A DNA stretch of 63,980 bases, counting the filler, from Dirinaria sp. TL-2023a (lineage: Eukaryota), in assembly GCA_051941275.1 (NCBI GenBank). It is 4 parts of 4 records of this genome, joined end to end, with 100 filler letters (N's around TTAATTAATTAA, not from the genome) between each part and the next. Parts side by side here need not be neighbours in the genome. Positions count along the whole stretch, not along the records: positions 1 to 16,009 come from JAVEBF010000513.1; 3 more parts are not named here. One strand, 5' to 3'. This document shows, piece after piece, positions 1 through 13,144 of the stretch. The translations under genes and the position numbers were made by a program. The notes beneath the pieces are model-generated. The model made no database searches. It saw only the letters and a program-made list of their open reading frames with translations, and had not been told where the DNA came from. Every line of letters begins with the position of its first letter. Positions within the stretch are counted from its first letter, which is position 1.

Positions 1-126
1 CCCCAAAACCCTTCCAACTCCTGATTGTATGCAAATTCTTCTCTTCCTCCCCCCTCTCTCCCTCTCTATCAGTCGCTTCATTGGATCCAGTCCACTTTTT
101 CTACCACAGACAAAAAAACCGCCCCC

Positions 127-2005
127 TTACTCCTTCGAAACCAAATACCCGTTGTTCTGCAGATTCTGCATCACGCCCTGCGGATCATATTTCTTCGCCG
201 CGGATTTGATGTACGCCAGACTCTGGGCCCCGTACGCGGCGAGTGGTTTCTGCGCCGGCGCGGCGTTGTTGACGTAGAGGTATGGCAGGGAAATGTTCTC
301 GGCGGCGGCTTTTGCGGTCATGGTCGCCACGAAGGAGTCGACTGTGCTTTTTGCAAGGGCGGAGTTTTTCAGGTCCGCGTAGTCGATGTATGTGTCCACC
401 CCTGTGGGGAGAGGTTAGGTATGTGTAGGTTTGAGGCGGATGTTTGGATTGTTTGGGATGAGGGGGAGGGTGTTGGACTTACAAGCTTGAGGCGTGGCGG
501 AAAGACCTAAGAGGTTGCCACCGTTCCGGGCTTTGCCTTCTTTCACGAGGTTGGGCGTGATTCCTTGTGGGATGTAGTAGAAGTTCATGCCCTGGGGGAG
601 TTTGGCTTTCAGCCCCAGATAGGTCTGGTACGACTCTTGCATGAATTTCCCGTTGGAGACTCTATGCGAGAATGTAGATCCATAGGTTGATCCCACGGGT
701 TTTGCGTTGCCGTCGACGCCGAAGACGATGTCGTTGACTGTGCCGTTCGTTGGGGGGAAGAAGGTGGAAGTAGTTGGGATCTTGTAGAACGGGTCGAATA
801 CCTTCGGCCTGTTGGTATGAGCATTGTAGCCATAGAATGCCAGCGTGAAATTGGCGGCGATCTCGAGCTCGACGTTGCTGTTCACATCTGTGTTGGGATC
901 ACTTAGATAGTTGGCGTACGCGTCGATAAGAGCTGCGGTGGACGACGGAGCATAGAGGTAGATCTCGTAGTAGATGTTTGTGAAAGTGTTGGTCATGACC
1001 TCGAACTCGGTCACGATGCCTAGCACTGGATTAGAAGGTTCATGTTCGATATAGGTATCCGTCTTGGCGTACCCATGTTAGTCAAGCCACCCTTCAAGGC
1101 CTTGTACAGATCCGCGTTTTGAGTGGGAGTGGCATTGACAATATTTCCATTTGTGAGCACGACCTAGATTTAGTTTAGTGCTATGTTTTTTTATTTTTCT
1201 TATTTGATTTTCCTGGAAGCCATGGGTAGGACTTACCTGGTATCTAACGATTTGATCCATGCCAAGACCATATGTGTTGTAGAAAAGGCTCAGACCACCT
1301 TTGAGTTTTAACGTTAGACATTCGCATCCAGCAGAGAGGGCTTTGTGGCTAGCTACCTCCCAAAAGAAATCCTCCAACGCCAACCATCGGTTCGCGACCG
1401 CCAACAATATTGACACCATTCTCGGCAGCGTACTTGTACACCGCGCCCCACCTGTTGCCCGTACCGATAGTGATGGTCTTCTTATCGGAACTAATGCCAA
1501 GTTTGTTCAGGTTCTGCAAGGCAAGCAGCACGCCGTTGCTGCCGACAGAGCTGAAGCCTGGAGAAGGCGAGTGCCCGCCGCTGCGTGTGGCGAACTTTGT
1601 CTTCAGAACTTCTAACACCTGCAAGGCTTTGGACAGGTCGCTAGCGGTATCTGGGGTGACGACGCAGGCAGGCTCTAGCCAGCATGTTTGTGACCTAATC
1701 CGTTGATCAGCTTTCGCTCTGGGACATGGTTCGCTGGCAATGATCCCATACCAAGGTATTTCGTAGAGAGGAGTATAAAAGCTCGACTGTGCAGAGAATG
1801 TGTCGTTCTTGGGAAACAATTTCTGAAAAACTTGGCAAGTATATTTAGGATCCCCAACAGACACCGGTCCAGGAAGCTGGACGCCAAAGCTTGAGAGTAA
1901 AGCCTCTGGTGAGGAAGACTTTTGCGTGGCGGGAAGGGCTGAAGCCCAAGTAGAACCACCAAGAGCAAGGAAAAGAGTGCAATAATGAGCGAAATTGGTC
2001 AACAT
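127..2005 (-). CDS. Secreted FAD-linked oxidase (berberine-bridge/VAO family; YanF-like), multi-exon
   Basis: N-terminal signal peptide (MLTNFAHYCTLFLALGGSTWASA); covalent FAD motif RSGGHS; GGREPMVGVGGFLLGG; LGIVTEF; C-terminal BBE motif YLYVNNA...AYG...KKYDPQGVMQ. ORFs 1349-2005, 415-1026 and 127-399 are joined by short introns (e.g. 1695-1751). Confidence 0.9.
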
Positions 2006-3246
2006 CTTGGCTGTCGAAGCAAGGTCAAAGAAAGTGCAGAAAATGAGTCCCTACATTGTGAAATGGCAGGAGAGTCACCATATAAATACTATTTCAAATG
2101 GTGGCGAAACGTTAGACAGGCATAGCTTCTCGGACTGCAGGGGCCCGACCTATTCCAGCTCTTGAGTAAACCATGGCGGCGCAGCAGTTGGACTTGAGGG
2201 TGTAAAGGAAGTGGCCCCCATTGGAGGGATGGGCGTGAGACAAGCTGAGCTGAGAGCTGATTCGGCCTCGTATTGACAATTGTGCAAAATGGCAACGCTC
2301 GAAATTAGATTGAGCCGGCTTCGCCGCGACAGGCAGCATTCGGCAAGCTAAGCATAGAAAGAGAAAGCTGAGGTGAAGAGAATTTACGAGTATAGCAAGT
2401 GAGTCAAGTGTATGTAAGATAGCTGTCCCTACCTACCTCTTACTAGCTTCGAGGGTTACCTTAACCGTTCGAACTACTGTACATGCACCTTAATGTGAAA
2501 GGGAGACAAAATAATTTGATATCGACCTGCCTTCCATCGAGATCTCCCACGTGGCCCCAGGGTTGGGCGTACAGTAGTGCGATCTGGCTAAGGTAAGGTA
2601 CCTTAGTGGTGATGGAAACCGACTAAATCTCCTATTTTATGCAGCCTCGGTCTTGGCGGCCATGTTTCACTGAGCTTGATCAACCTTAGCAAGGGACCAT
2701 GCATGTACAATGCCTACACCAGAATAAGTAATACAGGTAGGCCTCGACCTGAATTCCATTATCGTGCTCGGCCAAGAAACCGTACTTCCATTGGTCCCCA
2801 ACCGATACAATTACAGAGCCACCTTCAGCTATCTTCCATAAGGTGACCTTAGTCACTCATTGCTTACCTGCGCCTCAGCCACCTCGGCCTACCTTCGTGA
2901 GCCATCCTCCCCGGAAGACTATCCGGCCGAAACATCCACCAAAGGCTCGGTCGGTCATATCGTGAGGACTCCAACTGGATCTTAGTAAGTGCTTACCTAC
3001 ATGTATCTATCATCCTCTAAAGTCCCTGTGGTGGAGACTCGCTTATTCCCGATAACGCCTGACACGCAACTTCAAAGAAAGTGCTATATAGTAGGGTTTC
3101 CAGAAGCCCTATTTCGGCTTCTCACACTTTCATGCGCTAAAGGCCCAGCAGGTGGGTTGAACCAGTAAGAGCAAGGAGAGATCTATCAATATTCTGCCTG
3201 TGCCATCCGGTCGTCTTTGCCTGATTGAGGTTACCAGACTGTATCA

Positions 3247-4577
3247 ATGGGTAAAGAACCAGTTTCATTGTCGAAGGAGGCGAATGGGATCGGCAATCTT
3301 CCCAAGCAAACCGCTTCCTCTAGAGACCCTGCACGTGGGGTATGGGAGCTGGCTCGCCTTCACACTCGAGAGGCCTGGCTTTGTTGGTATCCAGCCGGTA
3401 TGTGCCTCAAGACAACTCCGAATATTAGCAGCATGGAACTGATTAATCTCAATGCTCTCAGTGTGGGGTGCTTGCTTAGCCGCTGGAACACGCGACGTCA
3501 ACCTGGACGTGGCGACCTTTGCTCGAATACTCTTTGGGATCTGGAGTAGCGTGACAGCAACACACTGCGCCTTCTGCACCTTCAAGTAAGTCCCACCATC
3601 TCGACGTGAGCAGACATCAAAGAAGGAAATATCCGAAGGCGTATCGGCACAAATCAATGGGCGGTCGCGCTTACAATATACTCTACAGTGACCTCTGTGA
3701 CCGTAATCTAGACGTCAATGTCGAACGTTGTAAAACTCGGCCACTTCCGGCAGGCATGATCACGCCGTTTGAAGCCACAATAGCCTTCTGCGCTTGGCTA
3801 CCGATAGTGCTGGCAACAACTTATTCCACGCTTGGAGAAGCCGGAGTCCTGACTTTCATTCCAGTGTGGGTGTTGAGTACGGCTTACCCCTTCATGAAGC
3901 GTTTCATACAATTTCCACAGGTGATACTTGGAGCGGTCATCGGTGGGGCAGTATTCCCAGGGTGGGTCGCGGTCACAGGCGATTTGAGCGATATTCTACA
4001 AGCCATGCCGTTGTTTGCCGCTACTTTAAGCTGGGTTATTTATTTCGACACGATTTATGCAACTCAGGTAAGAATTCTTTTTCTTTTCTTTTTTTACTCT
4101 TCGTTTTTCTTTCTTTTTTTCTCACTTTTTTCTTTGTTCTATTCTTTTCGTATCAATTTGGGCTCTTAGCCAGGGAACGATTCCGACTAACAACGTGGTT
4201 GGTTGTACCAGGATCGAGCAGATGACGAGAAAATCGGAGTGCGGTCACTCGCAGTGTTGCTTGGAAACCAGGCACGGCCATTCCTGGTGTTTCTCGGCGT
4301 GCTGCAGGTCGGGTTTTTTGCCATGACTGCATTCAAAGCCAACATGTCCATGATGTTCTGGGTCTTTGGGCTTGGCGTTTGGGCGGTGAATTTGCCTTGG
4401 CATGTTCTTTCGCTTGATGCTCAGAACCCCAAATCCGGCGGGAAGGTCTTCAAGGCCAACATCATGCTTGGTCTGTACATGACAGCCATCGCGTTGGTCG
4501 AGTTACTTATTACGAGGGTCTACCTTCGAAGTCTGCTCCACGTCGGTCAGCGTGTAATTGCCCGTGGATTTGCTTAG
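3247..4577 (+). CDS. UbiA-family aromatic polyprenyltransferase (YanG/MacG-like), 4 exons
   Basis: Introns 3398-3461, 3586-3688 and 4068-4211 restore the two Asp-rich motifs NDLCDRNLD...RPLPAG and YFDTIYATQDRADD...G; several hydrophobic helices. Confidence 0.92.
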
Positions 4578-5874
4578 AGCGGAACACAAGAAGCGGAGGA
4601 TTGAGGTCTCGAGCATTAGAAGGGTTTTGGCGCTACAGTAGATTTTAGATCAACGAGGTTGCAGTGGTCTTGCGGGCATCAAAAGTTCGGATAAGGTTCT
4701 GATCATGTTCCGGCTGATGGTACGATGCGAGTCTGGGCACGTTTCATGGGGGGAATCCAAGGAAGGTCAGGTACTCGTGCTCCTACCTGTGGACGCTTCA
4801 GAGGCCACGCAGGTATGCACTGCATGTATGTAGTCAGCAAGGCTGCGAAATGTGTAAGACAGTGTAATCTCTCGCAAAGAATGACCAACTTACTTCGTCA
4901 GGCATGCTCTCATCCCCGACCTCGTCCTCACCCGGTCCACTCTAAACAATATCGGAACCTCGCAGTCTCGACCCAAGAAACCGGGTGCGGACTCCGCTGA
5001 GTCAGCACGTGAAGCGGTAACAAGCGGTCAGTCGAATGAGCCCGTTTCTTGGCAGTGCAACCTCACCTGCCCACCATCTCTCAGACCTCGCCAGCATAAT
5101 CCTGGTCATCCTGAAGGAAGGCTTCACAGTAGGCGCGCTCTTCACAACGTCCCGTTGCGGATCAGACTAGAGGTAGGTACATGTAACTACGAGACTGTGG
5201 TACAGCATTCTTCAGATTCAAGGGTCTCAGAAATCATCCGTTCCACAGGAGACGCGGTGTGCTGGAGTCCAGAATCGACAAGGAAGACCTAAGGTAAGGC
5301 TCCAGCGCTGGCCGAAAGTATCGCATCGCCCCCAAATCCTCTGACGTAACTCGTGGTTTTCGTCGTTTTCAGTAATTCCAAGTCAGCCACGAACCAGATC
5401 CGACACCGCAGGCCCTGAATACGCTGGATTACTTTAGATAAAGTACACGTCAGTCTGGTCGGTTTCTCAAAGATGCTGCTTTGCCTCACTGCCTCGTTCC
5501 CAGGGTACTCATATAACAAATTCGACACCCTAGTCTGCCATCCTTCGCTTCATCAATCTCACCCGGAAACTTGTGTACTGCTTAGTAGTGGAATGATGCG
5601 GAAGGATTAATTCCCTGGCTGTGGAGAAAGAAAAGAAAAACAAAAAAAAAAAAAAAAAAATAAGGGTGGGGGGCACGAAAACCAATATATCTCTACCACC
5701 GTGCCGAGAGACATTCTACGTCGCACAGCTAAGATAATTGGTAAGGGCTCACGGAGACCGGCAAAGTGGTCGGCGCTTTTCTTCAAGTATATGTAGCTTT
5801 CCCGCAATTCCTAAGGGGTTTGTCAGCCAGGATTCCCTGTGACCATCTACTCGAACGCTCCTTCCCGTACAAAT

Positions 5875-8800
5875 ATGCCATCGACGGAAGGCCGACATAT
5901 CACCAGGCCCCGCCAGTCGTTCAGCTGCGTCGTCTGCAGGAGACGCAAGGTCCGCTGTGGCAGGGAACAGCCAGCTTGTAACAATTGCGTTAGGATCCGC
6001 GAAACCTGCGAATACGAAACCGACATACAATCCAAGTCTGCTGCTCACGCCCAAGCCAAGCCAACACCCGCCCTTTCGCATACCAATGCCCAGAAACCCA
6101 AGGTTGGCACGCAGGGTACACAAGAGATCTGGTCAAACTGGACGCCACGAGGTGGTAATGCGGCAACTGCGGATCATGGGGAGTATGGCGGTAATGGGTC
6201 TGAGATGGGCGATCAGTCAACCCAACCCCAAAGTAACGGCGGCTCCTCCCCCACCTCATCTTCCTCAATCCATGGAGGCGACAGCAGCGTTCAAAGCAGT
6301 GCTCGTGCCTCGACTCAGACATTTCCATCAAGTAACGGCGACCCATTATCCGCTCATCCACCCCAAGTTACGAATTATCCATCCGAGAATAACTTGAAGT
6401 GGAATCCACCTATTACAGAGGGACTAGGTCAGGTTGGACAACTGAACTCGCCACCAGCTCTTGCCAAGACTACCCAGCATATCCCTCAGCACATTACCCA
6501 AGATATCTCGCGCAAACGCCCTCGCTCGTCAAATTTTCCTGAACATGTTGGCGGATCTTTCGAGAGTGGTCAAGCCGGGCCGGAAACGCTCGTCGATGGA
6601 GATGGTAACGCTTGGGCATTTATAGAGCGCAGCGCATTTGATAACGATAGAGCGAACACTCGGGTCACAGGGCACATGAGTGTACGAAGTGGAGGGCAGA
6701 CTCGCTATGTTGGACCATCTTTTTGGGCTCTTCTCAAAGGTCATGTAAGCAGCATACCAAAACTCTTGTTGGTGTGTGATGAGTGCTTACAGTATAGCAG
6801 GAAGAACTTTGTGAGAGATCACTGGGCGAACGGTCCGACCTCCCCGAGAACGTGCCACAGCCCCATATTGATTCTCTAGGACTGGCAAATCTCCTTACAA
6901 CACTCCCCTCTAAGCCGCTGTGTGATATATTTCTCGAGTCGTTCTCCGTCAGCGTCTACCCCATATATCCGATGATCCACTGGGCCACATTCCAGAATGA
7001 TTATAACAACTTTTGGCAATGGTGTCGCAACTCCGACATTGCCCAGCCCGACAACAAGCTCCTAGGAGATCCTACATTCTTATGCCTTCTTTTTTCCACC
7101 ATGTACTGTGGCGCATTGACTGCTCCACCAATGCTGTGGTCAACGGAACAATTCAAAGAGAGTCCGAAGGAAAATCTGTTGGTTCAGCTGGGCAAAACAT
7201 ATTCTTCAAGTCTAGATCTATGTCAAGCACTAGACTATCCCACATTGTATACACTGGTTGCTTCACTCTTCGTCCACAGCTGCTCGAGACCGGATGCTAG
7301 CGCAATGGCGGAGCTAAGGTTTGTCAGTTCATCCCTACGCATTGCACAGATCATGGGGCTGCATCGGGATGGTGCGGCATTTGGTTTGGGTCGCATCGAG
7401 TGCGAGATGCGCCGGCGCGTTTGGTGGCATATCATCTGGCTTGACGTGCAAGCTAGCCTGCTTCACGGATACCCGAGTAGTTGCGGGTACAACGAGGCAC
7501 AACAGGTGGCGATGGTGACGGATGTTCGCGATGAACAGCTTTCTTCGATGTCTGTGAGCCTGACTCCTCGATCTTCCCCACCAGCACCGAGTATGACATC
7601 AATCACGATGCTCTGTTCCATCGGCCGCTATGAAGTCGCCAAATTCAAACACCATCTTATGCACGTATTGGACAGTCCGAAGCAAGAGGAACCGTTGTAC
7701 GATAAGGTTGTAAAATCTGCCAGAAGCTTACAAGAGCGGCTGGACAAGTTGATAGCAAGGATACCGGCGCAAGGTATTCCAGAGACGGGTTTTGTGCCGT
7801 CCCGTTATCATAATGCCTCGCCCTCTACTCACCAGTGGTTGTACCGAGATCATCCAAGCTCGCCCACGATCTGGAGCTCTTGGGTCAAGATAGTACTCGG
7901 CATGCTCAAGACGGACATTGCCATATCGGTCCAGAAACCCTTTCTAGATCGCGCAAACCAAGGGTCGGAGCAGCAGCAGAGAGTGTGGGAGAGGTATGTA
8001 CCTTTAAACTCGTTCTCCTCATTCACCCGCGATCAGGCAGCACTAGCCAGCCAAACCCGCTCCCTGTGGAGTCAGTCGGGTACCTTATGGAATTCTAGCT
8101 ACAGTCGGGAAATCCACCTATACAGACATTACCTAAGGTGCTGTAGTCGTACGTCCGAGCGCATCTGCTAATGCTATGGCCTCACAGTGTCATCCAATCC
8201 TGCATCGCCTATCTGCGTAGCTTCATGCAAATCACTCAAATCCCAGCATTCGCCCCTTACCTGTGGTATTGCCTGAAACATCAGGCTCCGTTGCAGTACG
8301 TCTTCCTGATACTGACCTACCTGCAACACAACCGGCACTCGGAACACGCGCACCTGGCGCGTTATTACGTCGATGAGGTCATTGACGTCTTCGCTTCTCA
8401 CGAGCTTCCGGCGCGAGCGGGAAGCAGCAGCCAAGCTGGAGGTCTCCTGGAGGCCACCGAGGGCAACAACCCTCAAATGAAGCCGAAACCATTCGCGTGG
8501 AGACTGCTGATCGACCTTCAGCACAAGTTGGATCTTCCACCCAACGTCAGTTCGCCCCTATTCAAACCAACGGTGCCAATTCGATGTCAACCTGTCCCCT
8601 CCACCGTGGCTCTACGCACCATGTCTCTCTCCACTGGTGAGAAACCGGGTGAAGACAATACTCGGGAAACCCTACAGGGCCCCGGTAACAGCGAAGCTAC
8701 ACGAATCTCAACCACGGAGCCGCTACTACCCCCAACTCGGCCTATGATTTTTAATGACCAGTATGCGAATCGAGGCAATTACACCGATCTCGACCAGCTC

Positions 8801-8950
8801 CTAGACCTTTCCCAATTGGACCCTTGGGCTTCGACTTTGGCGTCCAAACCCGCCGACGACTATTCGCTGATGCAGGAAGATTTTGCTGGTTATGACAACC
8901 CAGTCCACATGCAAGACAGCATTGGTCACACATCTATGAATTTCACGTAG
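5875..8950 (+). CDS. Zn(II)2Cys6 transcription factor with fungal-specific TF domain (probable cluster regulator)
   Basis: SCVVCRRRKVRCGREQPACNNCVRIRETC zinc cluster; middle-homology region MGLHRDG...EMRRRVWWHIIWLD; introns 6745-6800 and 7994-8187. Confidence 0.92.
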
Positions 8951-9480
8951 CAATTCAGATTTAACGACATATAGATTCTCAAGATCAAATCGAGCGATGA
9001 TTCTGTCGCAGTGTCCAGACCAAAGTACCGCGGCAATTTCTTTTGTTGCAAACACTGTATACAGGTAAAGTACCTAAAGGTAGTAGTCAAAATAGGGCTA
9101 TGGCTTGTCCAATGGCATGTACCTTACAGACGCCACTAGCACAATTGGATGCCAAACTTTCCTCTAGTAGCGCGCCGTCGCTGACTACATACATGTACTG
9201 GGGCACGATTGAAAAGCTTACCCTACATCCCGGTACCTTGCAATATGCACATTGAGCACGCCATATCTCAGCGCGTCCGCAGCAGACAAGGACATGCCTG
9301 GATCAACGGATCCTTCTCGTCTCAAGTAGATGAAGTTCCCGTCGTGGAGGACAAATGGACATCGGCTGATGGGAAGAGAATTTACCATAGAAACCTTGCA
9401 AGGTCAGTTTGAAGTAGGTCTAGCTTGCGACGATGACCCGATAGTCGTCATCCGTGGCTACTCGGCGAGGGCCAGGGGTA

Positions 9481-9560
9481 TCGGCCGAAAAATGTGAAAG
9501 CGGTTTAGCTTGGTCCGAAGCTCGGTTCGGTTCGGTTCGATGAGGGTCGGCTCGGCTCGA
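9481..9560. promoter_or_regulatory. CGG-rich element upstream of the SDR: TCGGCCGA palindrome plus a (TCGGT/TCGGC)n array; candidate Zn2Cys6 sites
   Basis: TCGGCCGA at 9481-9488; CTCGGTTCGGTTCGGTTCGA...GTCGGCTCGGCTCGA at about 9521-9560. Zinc-cluster proteins bind CGG triplets. Confidence 0.4.
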
Positions 9561-10097
9561 TTTAGCGCGATCTGACGCGGTTTTGGCGCGGGAAAAAGTA
9601 TCTTCCCACATTCCACGGTCGACACTGTCTTGTTATGCAGCCCTATCGTGCAAGGAAGGATCTCTACCTTACCTTACTGCCCTGATGATTTTTTTTCAGA
9701 GCTGACAATGTATGCTAAGCTTCAGTGGCGGCTTCCCGAGAGCGTGAATTGCCAAGTACATTAAGGAGGGAAAGCTTAGCTAATCCGCAAACGGACAGTC
9801 GAAGGGAAGCCTCGAACTTGTGACAACAACCTTGACAAAGCAGTTGCCTTCGCCAGATAACTCACATGTGTCATGACTTACTAATCGTGCCCCTCGGTTG
9901 CCGTGTCTACAAGTCCATTCTGCTCCTCTTTACCTTTGATTCCACCTCACAGTCCACCTGCTCATGCTTCTTCAGTAGAACCCAATCTTGACTTCTATCG
10001 CGTACACTACCTGGATCATCGTCAAGGTCCATCTTGTGATCCCCACCACTTGACAGCACCCTACGATCTCGCCCCCCTGGCTCAGTTATTTCGCACC

Positions 10098-11161
10098 ATG
10101 GGTATTCTCACCCAGCCCAAGGTTACCCCACTGCCTACGGGCATCAACCTCAAAGGCAAAACTGTTGTCATCACCGGTGCCAGCGCTGGGATGGGTCTCG
10201 AAGCTGCTCGCCAGCTACTCACCCTCAATGCCTCAACTGTTGTGCTCGCGGTGCGCAACACCGCCAAAGGGGAGGACTGCAAGGCCTCTCTGCTCGCCGA
10301 TCCAACGATCAAAAAACACAACACCAGTCCCACTATTACCGTGATGAAACTCGATATGGACGACTACCATTCCGTAGTTTCATTTGCTGCGGCGGTCAAA
10401 CAGGAACTTCCCGTTGTCGATTACCTGTTGCTAAACGCTGGCATCGGCATTCTGAAGCTGGAGCGAAGCCCTAGCGGTCATGAAAGAACAATGCAAGTCA
10501 ACTATCTCTCCAACGTTCTACTGCTTCTTGAGCTGCTTCCGCATCTTGAAGCCAGCGCAACCAAGTCAGGCAGCCCGTGTCGCATAACTTGGGTGGGCAG
10601 CCGCACTCACTACAAATCCACCATACTGGACAAAGCACCTATCAAACCCGATGAGACTGTCATCGATCACTACGACAGCCCTAGTAATTTCTTCCCCTTC
10701 CAAAAATACAACGACACAAAGATGCTCTGCGTCATGTTCCTCTACGAATTTGCGCCGCGACTGAGCTCGAATAAAGTGCAGCTCAACATGGTATGTCCCG
10801 GCATGGTCGATACGGCCATGAGCGACGTTCTTCCCATCTACCTGCGCATACCAGTCAACGTCTTGAAAGCCATTCGAGCACGGCCGGTAGACCAAGGGGT
10901 GTGGTTACTGCTTAATGCGATGCTTGTTGCCGGTGAAGACTCTCACGGAGAGTTCATTCTGGACAAAGACCTTCAAGCGTAAGTTCCCGGGCCCGCCTTC
11001 TCGGTCACGGCAGCAAGGTCAACTGACACTTTCATTACAGGCATCTACCATTCCTTGATTCCCCCAAAGGTCAAGAAGACAGGAAGAAACTCTACGGTGA
11101 GACCATGGCAGAGATGGGCCAGTATACCCAGGTTCCGCCTGCATTGACGGCTAAGGCGTGA
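10098..11161 (+). CDS. Short-chain dehydrogenase/reductase (YanD-like), 2 exons
   Basis: TGASAGMG Rossmann motif, LLNAG, catalytic YNDTK, VCPGMVDT; intron 10979-11040 gives C-terminus ...PPALTAKA*. Confidence 0.92.
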
Positions 11162-11391
11162 AGTGAGCTGAGTTGCTGCTGGTGATGCAAAAGGGGTGGC
11201 AGGCGAGGAGCTTTCAAGAGGAAGCATGCGTGTTACAGTTGCTTTCGAGAATGCGGTAATCAGATGAAGAATTTGCCGATTTGCAGTGTGGGCTCAGTGT
11301 TAAGCGCGCGTGCACGATACCAATTCTTACCCCGGTTCAAGCAGTAGAGTCAATAGGGCGCATTACATACACCTAATAAATATGCATTTGA

Positions 11392-12804
11392 CTACTGGGC
11401 AAGGCCTCCGATAGACCAGTATTCGAGGGCAGACCGCACAAAGTTCCCGGGCACGGCCACGGCACCCCTTCTGACCACCTCGACTGCAGCAAACAATTCT
11501 CCTCTCTCATCGCGAACGCCGTGCGAGACCGTCAGCGGTACGCACTTGAACCTGACACGAGTGAAGATATAGAACGTAGCTGTGTAAGCGAACCCTACCA
11601 CTTGCATCATGGTAAGTGACGTGGGAGAGTCCCCAGATGGCCGTGCCCCGTCCGCCCTCACGACCCACAGGAGCAGATCTTCGACCACGATCGCGGCTCC
11701 TTGTAGCAGGAAGTATTTGATCTCCCCACCGTCTGAGATGGGCAGGTGGTTCGCCCTGGTTAGATTGTAGCTACCGGCAGCGTGAATAAGCCCCGACACC
11801 AGAAAGGTTCCCAGGAGCAGGAAATACCGCCTGAAAAGCCGAGGGAGCCGAGCACGCGACTGCTGCATTCCCCGCGGGGCCAGCGAGAGCAGATACACGG
11901 CGGGAGCAGAGGCCATGCGGCGCATCTGCTGGTGCCAGGTGTATCCCCAGAACCGACGGATGGTGTAGGCGTCCCTGAAACTGCCAAAGTTAGGGGGCCA
12001 AGCCTCGGCACTTTGCCAGGCTTTCGGGCCGACTCCGAACCCCACGCAAACCATGGCCAGCGGAAGCATCAAGATCGCAAAGTGGCTGTATATCGTCAAC
12101 GCCCACCCGAGGACGATGAATGGGTAGAGGAAAAGCGGTCGCGTGGTCATGTAGGTAAGCGCCGCTCGCAGCTGGGGATTCTGGAGGTCTCGGAAGGACG
12201 AGAGGATGCCATCACAGCTCAGGGCGACGAGGTATAGGCCCAAATACATGCCCACATATTTGAGCGCGCATGTTTGGAGAAACCTTTTTCGAGAGAGGTT
12301 GGCAGGGTTTTTGGGGATGCCCGTCACCCGCCAGTTCCAGCCGATACCTCGCGTCACTCCGAGGAGCTCCAACATCCACAGGAATTTTGAAGCCGGAGGC
12401 AGCTTGCTTGCGTCTTCCCCTTTCGGCGAGTGAATCGCAGCTCTTGTCGTCCGCGATGGGGCCTCGCGGGTCTTGGGCGTTTCGTCATTATTGAGTCTGA
12501 CAAACTCTCTCTCCGGAATGCGGAAGTATAGGCGATCCAGGTACCTCGCCAGAAGGTTGCCGCACAGCACGCCGGCCGTGTAGGTCACCGCTGTATTGTC
12601 GATACCTCGAGGAGGCGGTGCGAGAAAGGTGAGGGCGGTACAGTAGATTTGCAAGGCCAGAACGCCGCGACGAAGGACCGACTTGGGTGGAAAACATGGA
12701 GTGAGACATGCTAATATGAATGCCAAGGCGGTGTAGTGAGTATTGTCGAGCGACTTGAAGAGAACCATATCGCGCCAGGCTGGTGGACTGTAAGATTCCA
12801 CCAT
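11392..12804 (-). CDS. Membrane-bound O-acyltransferase (MBOAT_2/wax synthase family; YanI-like)
   Basis: RGIGWNW; WPPNFGSFRDAYTIRRFWGYTWHQQMRR; FLVSGLIH catalytic His motif; FLLQGAAIVVED; single exon, 470 aa. Confidence 0.9.
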   Translation of the reverse strand: MVESYSPPAWRDMVLFKSLDNTHYTALAFILACLTPCFPPKSVLRRGVLALQIYCTALTFLAPPPRGIDNTAVTYTAGVLCGNLLARYLDRLYFRIPEREFVRLNNDETPKTREAPSRTTRAAIHSPKGEDASKLPPASKFLWMLELLGVTRGIGWNWRVTGIPKNPANLSRKRFLQTCALKYVGMYLGLYLVALSCDGILSSFRDLQNPQLRAALTYMTTRPLFLYPFIVLGWALTIYSHFAILMLPLAMVCVGFGVGPKAWQSAEAWPPNFGSFRDAYTIRRFWGYTWHQQMRRMASAPAVYLLSLAPRGMQQSRARLPRLFRRYFLLLGTFLVSGLIHAAGSYNLTRANHLPISDGGEIKYFLLQGAAIVVEDLLLWVVRADGARPSGDSPTSLTMMQVVGFAYTATFYIFTRVRFKCVPLTVSHGVRDERGELFAAVEVVRRGAVAVPGNFVRSALEYWSIGGLAQ

Positions 12805-12933
12805 GACGGAAATCCCCAGTGTTCCAATGCCATCTCGAACTTGTCGGTCCTGTCATTTTCTACTTTACAGTCTTCATTGAAGCTGCGAGTGACCTCACTT
12901 CAGCTGGCTTTTAGCTGCAGGTCCCTGAGTCAC

Positions 12934-12943
12934 CTCGGCCGAG
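12934..12943. promoter_or_regulatory. CTCGGCCGAG palindrome in the divergent MBOAT/P450 promoter
   Basis: Perfect 10-bp palindrome in the 340-bp gap between two divergent ATGs; the same core recurs at 9481 and 15803. Confidence 0.45.
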
Positions 12944-13144
12944 CAGTGCGGCTTTCCGGCAGGCTGTTGTCTGAGGTGATCCTGTAGCTGCTTACTTCAC
13001 ATACATTACCTCCATCCAGTTTTCCACCAATCATGTACCTGCTCTGCTACGGGACGATGCCGAATATCAAGCTTCGACTGGCACTTGAAAATATTTACCC
13101 ATCTCACTGGATTTCTTCAACTGAGCTCGACCTCAGATCCAGCC

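Noticed and set aside
3247..4577. Housekeeping COQ2 or UbiA-type terpene cyclase
   Set aside because: No evident mitochondrial presequence, it has aromatic prenyltransferase motifs and sits among tailoring genes; phylogeny is needed to exclude fully.
9903..10097. 65-aa N-terminal extension of the SDR from a GTG start (similar cases at 5839, 46589, 52189)
   Set aside because: Non-ATG starts from the ORF finder; downstream ATGs fit the family N-termini.
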